Below the pieces are notes generated by a model, which saw only the letters and a list, made by a program, of their open reading frames with translations, ran no database searches and had not been told where the DNA came from. 64,000 nucleotides of DNA. Source: Azolla caroliniana (Eukaryota > Plantae > Polypodiophyta). This document shows positions 25,701 to 37,409 of the stretch, piece after piece. The stretch lies in the NCBI GenBank assembly GCA_043228905.1, contig JBHGNT010000004.1, positions 25,172,001-25,236,000 of the forward strand, given 5' to 3'. The position numbers and the translations under genes are program-made. Position 1 is the first letter of the stretch. Each line of letters starts with the position of its first letter.

Positions 25701-28700
25701 CTCCAAATCCATATATTGTGTTCTCATGTTCTGGACAGTCACGGCGAAGCTCAGTGAAGCTACAAACCTCCAATCCAGGATGGAAAGGTTGGTCATAGTT
25801 CCTTCTTGTTGATTTGATCTTCATTTTTTTTCCATATAAGTTTTTCTCTTGCTTCATGATCAATCATATTACCTCTCGAAAGGAAAAAATCAAAAGTAGA
25901 CATCTATCATTATTACCTTCACATCAATTACCATTTGATTATTAGCTAATTATTACGAGTGCTTAGCTATGTGATGATTAGTCAAAATTAAAGGATGTGC
26001 TACATTTATATTAAGTTATTGACAGGTGTTCCACTTGTGGCCATACACTTTGCAAACATGTCCACTCACTATGTGTTTGATCAGCATCATGACTTTTCTT
26101 GTTATTGCATGCAGAGAATTTTGAGTTTGATGCCACGGAAGAGGCACCATCCATTATGAATGTTGAAGCGTTCAGTTTTGAGGGTCCATTTACAGAAGCT
26201 GCGTCACTTGGGCATGTAGAGATAAATTTTCTCAAGAAAACACCAGAAGATTTAGCAGATTTCTGGGCTCCTCTCCAGAGTAAATATGGTCCTGTAACTG
26301 GAGCTAGAATTCACCTTCAGATTGTTCTCATGAATATGAAGGAAGCAAGTAATGCAATGGATTACCTTCAGAAAGTAGAGAAAGAAGTCGGCCTAAAGGT
26401 AGATATACAGAAATGAGAAAGTATGCCATTTCAAATTACTGTAACCATGAATTCATCTGATCAGGTTTCCCTTTAAACCTCTTGTAGATTAGTAAGCAGT
26501 CTTTCATGAAGAATTCCTCTTTTCAGAAACTTTTCAGACTGCCTGCAGAGGAATTTCTGGTGAATGACTTCTCTTGTGCTCTGAAGAGGACAATCTTGCT
26601 CCAGGTAAGACAATTTTTTGTTTGCAGTTGCATTTTAATTCTTCAAGATGAAAGGGTTTTCTGGGCAAATGCTAAGAAGGCTTAAGGAATTTGATATTCC
26701 CTTCTCATTTGAATAACGGATTTGACGAATTTGGGGCAAAATTCGAATAAAATTTGTTAGGGATAGAGTGGATTCTTCAGCATGCTGAGGTGGACTGGCC
26801 TATGTAGAAAGCCTTCTGTTTGCTTCAAATCCTGCCATATTATAGACCACATCATGTAGCAACAATACTGACAGTCAAAGATAATCCTATAAACCTAGGA
26901 GTGCTTATCACATGAATCATGACATGATTGAGCCTCATCATAGGTGCTTAAAGGTGTTGTTTAACTATTATGACCATAATAATGCTGGTTGGCTGTAAAC
27001 GTCTTGCCCATCGATAAGGTTTAATTCTAGAGTAGGATCATCCATACATTGGCCTCAAAAGCTCACCCATGCTTGAGTGTTGTTAAACACCACCACAGAC
27101 TTAAAACCATCTAGATATCTTGGACTTCCCTCTGGAGAATCAGAAATCAGCACCATATTATTGGCATATGGTGATATTGATATGGATATGTTCACCAGGT
27201 ATGCCCCGAAGCCACCCATTATGAGATATCCCACCTATATAAATACAGAAGATTATGGGTGACATTGGGCATCCTTGTTTTAGTCCAATTATGCTAGCTA
27301 CTGATTCATATAGTTCCTGATTGCATATTTTTCCAGATTGTAAACTTTGCATAGCTCTGTTAAGCATATGCATACAAAAGCTGTACCAAGGTTTCAGGGG
27401 CATCCATCATGATCTTGTGTCTTTCAAATTGTTGCCAATCAATTGCATTTCTCACCATATGTAGACTAAATTTTTATGCCAATTTGCATGGAGTCTGGGT
27501 GCCTGGAAATATGAAAAGTGCCTTTCACATATTCATGCCAGCCCTTATAACAAAGTTTTCTTGTGACATTTTCTACGTTCTTTCAAGTCTTGTCCTGGGA
27601 AGAGCCTCTAAACCTCTGGTTAAATTTAGCAAAGTAAAGTCTCTTCTTTTTCCTCACAAGGCGTTAGAAGGTTGCTCTTGCTTATCTGTATGTGCAAATT
27701 CCCAGAGTCACTTTTTATTGCAAGTGTCTCATTGCATTGTGACATTCATCATCATACCAACTATGTTTGTGTGGATCTAAACCACATGTAGGTGCGCTGT
27801 AGATGGTAGTGTATGAAAAGGCATATGTGACTGCAGTATACAATGACTTTGGCAGCCCTTTTGTGACTTTCTCTAGGGAGGTGAATTGATCCAAATCAAG
27901 TGTGCGATTACACTCATCAGCTAGCACTCAAGTGAATTTGTATTCAGCTTGCCTAATCATATTCGTATCATATACATCCTTTTGCTATCTGTCTTTCACC
28001 TTAAATCATAGATATTTGTGTCTGCTGGCCAATCAATGTCTACTGGAGATAATGAACTTTCTTATTTCAGGTTTAAGAGATGGAGAACCCATCAGATAAT
28101 TGACTGTGCCTCTGATCTTGGCCATGTGACAAGCTATCGTATATTGCTTATCCGTGTACTAGTCAAGGCTACTTTGCTATATTCTGTCACTTCTCTGTAA
28201 ACCCGAGTTTATTGTTTTAAGTTAATTTCTCCTGCTGAAATTTTACCATGAATGGCCTTGCACGTTATTTATTCCTTCACAGGTCGTACATTAATGTCCC
28301 CTAATAGTATTATATCCCCAATATTAGAGAGAGAGAGAGATATGTGAACATCAAAGTGACAGAATTATGCCATACACCAATTCTGATTGATGTTTTTTAT
28401 ACAATTGGCTACAGTGAGAACATTGATATAACATAGAGAACTACCCAATGAAGAAATAATATAACTAAGTTAGATGAGTAGATATGTCTGCGAGACCCTC
28501 TCACTCTATATATATTTACTGGTTTTCACTTCACAGTGAGGCAATATACATATGCATATGCATTGGGATACTTGTTGTAACAAGTGTCTGTTTGTGGACA
28601 TCTCCATAGCAGATGGAGTATTGTCCATAAGTCCTCCAAGAAGCAATTTCATTTGACAAGTATTACTTTGGAGGTGCTTGAACAGGTATTATCTCTGAAT

Positions 28701-31700
28701 ACAGTTTCTATCTCAGAAGTTTGGAAGGTCTTTTTTAGCTATATTTGTGCCGCATACCTCAAGCTCTGCAACACAGACTTAGCTACTTCCTAGGCACAGG
28801 CCAGATTTTGGGCTTTGCCGTCAATATTGATATTTCATGATCACCTCCATTATTGTCAGCACCTCGACACATGTGGACACCTACATTTTGATCGAAACAC
28901 TAAAGGTGCTTGTCTTGCTTTGGAGATCTGGATCTTGGATTTGCCCATGTTGAACAGAAGAAATTTCAGTTCATCTAAGCTCACAACATTTTCACCTCTT
29001 GATAGATGTTAATATACATATTTCTTCTGCTGTCGTGAAAGGTATCATGGAGGTTATATATGTGCTCTTCTTTGAATGTCTGTAGTCTGCAATTAATTTG
29101 ACTTATTGGTCTTTTCTTTGTAGTCATGTTTTTATTGGTTTTCACCTCCCATCAATAATATAAATTATTACAAAACGTTTGTATGTGAAGAATATCTAAA
29201 TATATGAGAGGCATGGTTCTACATGTATCTGGTCTCTTACTTCCTTAGTTGGAGATGCCTCTTTCCCAATCAATCCAAATAGGAAGATATTGATCTTTAA
29301 TCTATGTGCAAAACCACAAGGCAAGGTATATTTGGTCTTCTAGATTCATGCCTATCTTGACTGGTACATATGCAGAAATATTTCTAGATGAACAACCTTG
29401 CCAATTGTGCCATCAACGAGTGGAATTTGAAGAACACGACATTTGCCATTGTATGGTTTTATATTAAGAGGGAGATACTATTGCCTTTTTAAGCAAGGGT
29501 ATGGCCCACTATGCAAGGTAATGGAATTTGAGGGGCAATGGCATCTGCTAGTTTTCTTGCTAGAATTCATGAGACACAAGGAGAAGTTGTTGAAGGATAA
29601 AGGATAAAGATCATTATCTCCCACCATTGTAGATGCAACCAAAAGAGCACTTGGGCAAATTGGATTTAGACCAAAACACTCCACCATGGATCATTTGGTC
29701 ACATTAAGACTAATCATAAAAGAGAGTCGACTACAAGGAAAAACACTTTATTGTTGTTTTGTTGATTTCAAGAAAGCTTTTGATACCGTACCATGAAGTG
29801 AGCTTTGGAATAGAATGGTAGACATTGACATGCCATTAGCGTACCGAGTTGCGGTTGCACACCTATATGAACAAGTTAAATGCCAACTAAAAATGGATAG
29901 TGGATTCTCAAAGCTCTTCTTAAGTAACATGGGGGTTAAGCAAGGATGTCCACAATCACCCACACTCTTTGGCTTATGTATTGATAAATTAGAAGAAGTG
30001 GTGAATAAGGTTGCAAGAGAAGAAGGATTGAATGGCCCCAAATTGATGCAACATGTTATCTTATTGCTTCTATATGCAGATGATGTGGTACTCTTCTCGT
30101 ATGATGCTGATCGTATGCAACATTTACTTGGGGTATTAGAAGAATTTTGCCATAGTAGTGGATTGGCAGTGAATGTGGAGAAAACAAAAATGATGGTAGT
30201 GCAAACCATCCAACCTCATCATTACCCTATCCTCACATATAAAGGTGAACATATACAATTTGTTCAAAGCTTTAAATATCTTGGTATTGATGTACCCGCC
30301 ACAAATAAATGGAGTGCATGCTTTGATTCTAGACTCCAAGCTGGTTGAAAATCATATTACCTTTTGGAGAACCAATGCAACCAAAGTGATACTTGTGGAT
30401 GGGAAGTAAAACTAATGTTGTTCAATGCCATGGTAACTCAAGTATTGCTTTATGGAGTAGAAGTATGGGGTGGCACCATCTCTCTTAATGCATGGAACGA
30501 GATTGAGAAAATTCAAAAGATGTTTTTAAGGAGGAAACGGGTGTTCAACCCATAGAACTATTGGCACTCCAAAGAGTATATAAATACATTACAAAAGTCA
30601 AGAATATGCCAAATCATTGATTACCACATCTTGCTTGGAATGTTGGATGTAAGCTACAAAAGAATCATAAAAGTAAGATTCTCTCATATTGATCGTATCC
30701 AACCTTATCTCATTACCAATATGAGTAGTAATGCTTGTAGAGCCCTTACACTACTTCGCACTCGATCTCACAAGTTAGGTATTGAAGTTGCATCATGTTA
30801 TCAAAATGTAACGAATTTGAAGACATGTAAAGTATGCAATGAAGGCATCGTAGAGGATGAATGTCACTTTCTCTTCACATGCTCGACATATAGTGCAATT
30901 CGTTCAAGATATGCTGACATACTAAGAGGGAGTGATAACTTAAGTGCCATACTTAAGACACCACCTAGAAGGTTGAGCTCATATGTGTATGCTTTACTAA
31001 CACATAGAGACTTTGTGCTTCAACGTATGAATACCCCTTCTTAGGAAGGAGACATATATCAAGAACACATTATACTCTGGTCCCATAGGTCAAAATATGC
31101 CTCTTTATGGACGATAAAAATTCTAATTCTAATTCTAATTCTCTTGCTTCAGAGACCTCTGCATTCATGATTGACCTAAGCAATCGCCCTCATGTGAACA
31201 TATTCTATTGTTTGGAGGGCATTACTTTGACTTGCTTGTCAGTCTAGATAGCCACTGGTTTTTCCGTGACTTCTTATTATCTCCCCTAGAGATCTTTCGA
31301 AGACAAAAATTACATTATATCTAACTTGAGAATCACACATGTATAGATGAGGAGATTCTTTAGGCATGTATTAATTCTATTTCTATTTACTTTTTATCTT
31401 AGTCAGTTTATTTCGGTTTGTTCTTCTCCAAGACAAGACTACATCGCTTGTTTGGTGTTAAAGGCCATTTTGGCCTCTTAAAAGAAGTCAATATATCTTT
31501 CTGTGTTCATTGCTTGGAGTACATTTGTTTATAGTTTCTCGTTCATTGCTTGGAGTACATTTGTTCTTGTGTATTTACTACTTTATGCTTGGGTTATCAA
31601 CGATTTTGCGAACTGGTTGGTTTAACTTTAATTTATATTTACACTTACTTTATAATGTTATCTTTCTGTGTACAACATTTTTCTTTGCTATATTATTTCC

Positions 31701-33650
31701 TACTTTTCTTCAATCACGACATTATTTACATTATTTTATGGTTCTGACTTTCAGGGAAGATTGTTTCTCTCTCCCCGTGTTTTGGCATTTAATTCAAATA
31801 TCTTTGGCCATAAAACAAAGTTTATTCTCTTATGGGAAGACATAGATGAGATAGCAGATTCAACAGCTACTGGGAGTTCTATGAGCACATTCATTAACCC
31901 CACAATCTTAGTCTTTGCTAGGAAAGGCAGAGCAGCGGATGCTCATCATGGAGCAAAGAATGTGGATGCTAAGGGCCGTTTGATGTTTCAGTTTCAATCT
32001 TTTATTCTTTACAAACCTGCCTACAAGTAAGGATTCAAGATTTTGGTCATGCATTGTTAAGAGTGCAAGTGTAAGATGTGTGCATCTTAAAAAAGAAAAA
32101 GAAAAAGGAAGAAGGAATGATATATTTAAGAAGTACCTTCACAAAAATCTAGTTAATGGTGAACTGCATAGGGATTCTAATGCAATTGCCTTGAATGGTA
32201 GTAGCTGCCAGTTATGTGTGTGGAAGGATATTGTCGTGACTTTATCGTCAACTATTACTCTCTTTTCAACATCATATACCAACCTGGAAGATGTTATTGT
32301 CTACAAATACATGTTATGATAAATTTTGAGGAACTGTGAATTCTATAGGCATGGTATTACTATGCTTCCTTCCACAGAATGATGATTGGGACTAATAAGT
32401 CAAACTTTAATTGCACAGGTTGATGAGTACTCTATGGAAGAACAGAAAACTTAGCCGAGAAGAACAAATTGCCATGATTGCAGAAATTGACAAAGGAGAT
32501 GAAGGGTCTGTAAGCACACATGGACATGCTGAAGAAAGTGAAGTGGTTGTAGGTGCAGAGGAAGTTACTCTTACAGAAGTTTATGCTACAGAAATCCCTT
32601 TCTCTGTAAGTGAAAACACTGATCTTATCAAAGATTTGTTGTTTTTGTATATTATATGAAATGTATATACATGTGTATGCTTAAGATTGTTTGAATTCTA
32701 TGCTCTTTATTGTATGTTTGGTTTTTTATCATAATAACACTGATCCATGAAAACTTGACAGGTGAGTTCAATGCTCCAGATTTTTGAGGAGAGCCTTGAT
32801 GAAAGTATAGCAGAAAAAGTTGGATGGCTGTCTTATTGCTCAATGCCGTGGGAATCTACAAGCAACGATGTTCAACAGAGGAATGTCAACTTCAAACTAA
32901 GTAACCAGATATCTTTATTTGGTACCAAAGTTACATCCATACAACAGAAGACTGTGAAAGTAAAAGGAAATGGACATGCTTTGACTGTAGATGAAGATTG
33001 GTCTCTACATGATGTTCCCTATGGAGAGAACTTTCAGGTCTCTCTCTCTTCCCTTCTTCTTTTTCTTTGTCAAGTTTGTTTTAGCCATAACCTGGTCATA
33101 TGGGTCCAATTTTGACAAGCTATGGCTTGAATTGAAGCTCACAACAAGATGTATGATAATGTAATAAACTAAAGGTAACAGATTTCAAAAGTACACTTCT
33201 CGTAGGGTTGGGCCACACAATGGCTTAGAGAACATGTAGGAAAACTATCAGTAATTATGGGAAAGTGAGTAAGATATTGCATTTCGCATCACATGGATTC
33301 ATGTTAGTTTAAATTCTGGAGCCATAAATGGTGAAACTCATTTGATTAATTGTGTAAGAAGATTTCTTTTTCGTAAACCTAATTGATCAAAAAATCATGA
33401 AACCAATAAATAATAGTGTGTATTCTTTGAGTTTTGATTGCAGATTAGAGTGAAAAAAGAGTTTGAGGACATATCATCTGCTTCTAGAAAAAGCTTGTGC
33501 AAAGTTCACCTCGGCATTGTGTGGCAGAAACCCACCAAATTTGAACATCAAATCAGCAAAAGCATATTTGAGAGATATACAGAACATCTCAAGAATGTCA
33601 TAGATGTAAGTGTCAAGGAAGTGCTTGATCGTGGTCTCTATGATCAATAA
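22744..33650 (+). CDS. C2 and GRAM domain-containing protein (C2-VASt-TM-C2-GRAM-VASt, At1g03370-like); exons 22744-23086, 24458-25462, 25602-25787, 26115-26398, 26488-26604, 31755-32026, 32419-32605, 32762-33037, 33444-33650
   Basis: C2 (MELLIRLLEARNL...DPYWYQDFVF), VASt (PPPLEGGIVLD...TPDAPYG..F...SLIENGARQGL), a TM helix, GSDHGVKARGSGWLLRVTLLEAEN (second C2), GRAM (FQKLFRLPAEEFLVNDFSCALKR..LLQ|GRLFLSPR) and a second VASt (LHDVPYGENFQ). All GT-AG junctions are in frame. Confidence 0.93.
26700..28520 (-). mobile_element. Degenerate LINE (APE + RT remnants, RTEX-like) antisense in intron 5 of the C2-GRAM gene
   Basis: Minus-strand fragments ILLGDINVRP (APE GDFNAR-like, ~28300), KHSWYDDECH (~27740) and SIIGLKQGCPMSPIIFCIYI (RT, ~27260); many stops and frameshifts; ends approximate. 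Confidence 0.75.
29244..31142 (+). mobile_element. Degenerate RTEX-like LINE (RT + C-terminal CCHC finger) with (ATTCTA)n tail, preceded by a second LINE 3'-end fragment
   Basis: GFRPKHSTMDHLVTL...CCFVDFKKAFDTV, GVKQGCPQSPTLF, LLYADD, FKYLG, LRTRSHKLGIEV...CKVCNEGIVEDECHFLFTCSTYSAIR. In-frame stops at ~29795 and 30346. Tail TTCTAATTCTAATTCTAATTCT at 31121-31142. A further CQLCHQRVEFEEHDICHC finger lies at ~29400. Confidence 0.9.
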
Positions 33651-33658
33651 GACATTAT

Positions 33659-33999
33659 ATTTGTTATTGTCCATAGAAATAATGCACATCTACACAGAAA
33701 AGATGGGCATTGTGTTCCTCAATTTGTATATATATTTCTCTCAATTAATCTCTATAAGCCATGCCCTTCAAGCAGGGGATTTGTAATACCTTGAAAAACA
33801 AAATATGAGCCTAGTTTAAGGTCTTTGGGTCTGGGTCCATTTCCTCGCAATCAAACAGAAAATTTGTTATTGTCCATAGAAATAATGCACATCTACACAA
33901 ATAGAAAAACGGCATTGTGTTCCTCATTTGTATATATATTTTTCTCAATTAATCTCTACGAGCCATGCCCTTCAAGCAGGGGATTTGTAATACCTTGAA
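33659..33999. repeat. ~137-bp direct duplication in the C2-GRAM 3' UTR (33659-33795 and 33862-33999)
   Basis: ATTTGTTATTGTCCATAGAAATAATGCACATCTACACA...GCCATGCCCTTCAAGCAGGGGATTTGTAATACCTTGAA is present twice. Confidence 0.95.
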
Positions 34000-36038
34000 T
34001 GAGCAGAGCATGCATAAGTCTTAAATATTGTCATGCTAAGAAACTGGATGAAAAGAGGTTTCACTCCCTTAGACATGAACAGCTGATGTTTACTTTCTCG
34101 AGTAAGCTTGAACAATGTGGTGCAGTTGGATCAAGAAATTGGAGGGAAAATGGTATCTAACGCACATGGAGAGATAGATATCTTTTTATCATCCACGGGA
34201 GACTATTGCGATCTATGAGATGTGAACTTGGACTCTCAATTGATGTTGCGGTGTAAACCACCAAGCCAAGAGAGAGAGGACACATTTTTGTTTAGCCTAC
34301 AAATAGCTCTTTGGAGAGCAGCATTGCACTGATATACAATGTTGATTCTCAATTAGCTTTCTTTTATCTCCATTGTCATACATGTTGGCAAATGCACACA
34401 CCAATCCAGTTTTCCTTCATGTCTCAACATGAATCTTGTAGGCAACTTTGATAGCTAGGTCATACCCTTCTCTACTACTTTGCCAACTTCGTACCATCAA
34501 AATATAAAAGTATTCAGAATGTGTATGAAGATATTGTTATATCGTTGAAGACTTAAAAGATTAGCTCACCAACAAAGTGAGGTGCAAAGCAATGCAAAGA
34601 TCATGTTATCTTGATGATGTAATCAAAGAGCACTGCACTCAAGCCTTTGAAATGTATAGATTAGAAAACACGTAACTTTTTACATGTTGTGGGTAAACAA
34701 GACCATATAGAAAACGCTTGGTGCTTACAACCATCCTATGAAGATATTCTAGAATTAGGATCATTGTGGATACAACAACAATACTACCTACACCATGGAC
34801 AAGCCTCTCTCAAAATTGGCAATTCAGATTGTTAATAGAACTTGTCAAAATCAGGTCCTTTCCTCGGTCTTCTCATAAAACCAATTATGCCATTAATTAA
34901 TGTGTAGGACCCAATTGATGCAACTGTTTACGATCCATTCATGCATTTGCGTAGATTGTCTAGTTTCTTTGTAAAGAGATATGAGTGGTGTCTAGACCAA
35001 TCTATACATAGAGGTGTGGTATGAATTTGGTTAAAGTGAGTGGGTAAAGTTGTATAGATTCAATTGACACTTGATCATGGCAATGCGCAATGCCATGATC
35101 ATTGAGACAATTGATTGTCCATCCACCATGCTTAAGCAAGAGCTAGAAGCAATCGGCAAAGTCTTTATAGAAGCAAGCATTGTTAGCCATCATTCTTAGC
35201 AAGGTGATTAAGATTCCTATTATGCTTGTAGGGCAAGGTACCCTATGACCAAGATAAGTATGTGGTTTGTGTTTCTGCCTAATCCAACTAGGTGTCAAGC
35301 GTTTGGAGTGGGTGATATTGTATATGTAGATTTCTGATTTTCTTTGGTCACAACGAAATTGTCTATACCCTGGGAGCAAGTAACACTTATACATGTGTGT
35401 GCCTAATCTTCGCATACTATAATTACGTGAAAAAATTTTCATATACTATTTGTTGCATACTTTCTTACACCTTTTCAGATCCTAACACCTAGGTTTAGCA
35501 TCAGATGATTAGTACCATAGTGTTGAAAAATTCACAATTACTAATAATGTTCTACGTGGCTATTTGCAACACACATATACTAGACTGACTTCAACAACAA
35601 TAAAGTAATTACAATTTCAATCCATGCACTTCTATCATGAAATTAGATTTTGCTCCCATAACATTGGAGTTGAACTCTTTTACTAATAACCCTAACCATG
35701 AGAAGTTTTCAGAACTGCAGAAAGCACGGTTCCCATCCCAAGGCAGTGAAGGTAAAACAATTGCTTGTCGTGAATGTTAGAACTACTAGTGTTGATGAAC
35801 TCGTTCATCATGAAGGTTATTTTCACCACCCATCCTCCAAAGAGCACCTCACAAAAAACTCAATTCTGCAATCACCAACAAAGTCAAAATATTTCTCCAA
35901 AGGACACCCAGAACTCAAATAATCTACAAACTGAGGGAACAGCAGAGTGACTTTAATGATACAAGGAAAATGAAACATTTCCTCCTTTCCAAGAGAATCA
36001 AGGGTTGGGTGAAGGATAGTAAGGAGATATCAATGGTG

Positions 36039-36358
36039 ATGGAACAGTGCTGATAGCACTAGTAGGCATCAGAGATTGGAATTTCAACGTGAGTACATCA
36101 ATGAATATTGACCCCTACACTATAGAGTGCACGCCAATACATTAATATGGAAACAACACTAGTAGTTCTGATGCAAAGTATCTAATTCAATAGACCCTAA
36201 TGGAACAGTGCTGCTAGTAGCACTAGTAGGCATCGGACATTGGAATTTCAAACCGAGTTATCAATGGGCATTTGACCCCTCAACCAGAGAGCATGCCAAT
36301 ACATTAATATGGAAACAACACTAGTAATCCTGATGTAAAGTACCTAATCTAATACACC
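36039..36358. repeat. ~160-bp tandem duplication
   Basis: ATGGAACAGTGCTG...TAGCACTAGTAGGCATC...GCCAATACATTAATATGGAAACAACACTAGTA...TGATG.AAAGTA occurs twice head-to-tail. Confidence 0.9.
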
Positions 36359-37409
36359 TTGATAATTAAATGAATCCCTTTCAACACTCCAATCTCTACA
36401 TCTATAATAAAGGTTGCCGTCTAGTTCATAATACATTACCCAGGGGATCATTGACATCAACTATAGCTTCTAGTTCATAAACCCACCTTAACCTTTGAGA
36501 GATAGCAGTTGAAATATGTTTTGATCCGTTACAATTATAGCATCATACTTTGTTGACTTGATTAAATGTAACCAACATAAGGCCGTTGAAGAAAATTGAT
36601 GGAAGACAAGCTCATTTTTAGTGCATTTAGGTTTGAATCACACTGCAAAATTATCACATGCATATATAGGCCTGCATTCATGAATGTTAAACTGAACGTA
36701 TACCAGAGTTTTGTACAGATCCCTTTCCTGGACTTAGATTGGCCAATGAGTTTGGTATTTGGTGCATCCCTACCTCTCCTATATTCCACTTAGTAATGAT
36801 GTATCATTATCTAAAAACAGTGTAAACATTCACAACTAAGATTTATTTAGTATGAGTTGAAACAAGCAATTTATACCTTCATTAATTAAATCAGTCAAAT
36901 GAGGCTTCAGACTAGACTATGTGGTTAACCACCAAGCTATTGCATTAAGTCTAATATTTAGACTTCAAAAACTAAATCAACTCTCAACATTTAAACCCTT
37001 ACATTTAGTAATGGGAAACAAACCAAAAAAATTGATTGCTCACCATACACAAGTGCAATCTAGCATCATAGTGTAGAGGTCAAGTTTACATGATTAGTAT
37101 ATGTTGAATACATGAACACTTACACATGTTCCTCCCTAGACATTGGCTCCAGCTTTCATCATTATGATTGAAATAATGCCACAGAATACTCTAATGCTTT
37201 ATCTCAAAGATTAGCAAGATATATTTCACAAATTTGATGGACTAGCCTCTTTTCACGTGTTAAATAGTATCAAAGAGAAAAACCTTATTTGGCTACTGAT
37301 GATAAAAAAACCCGCCATTCAGGAAAATGTGAAGTTGTTGCTAATAAACATGAATGACAATAGTTGGATTATAGCTACCATCTTTGCACAGGAACGTGAC
37401 CTAGAAACA

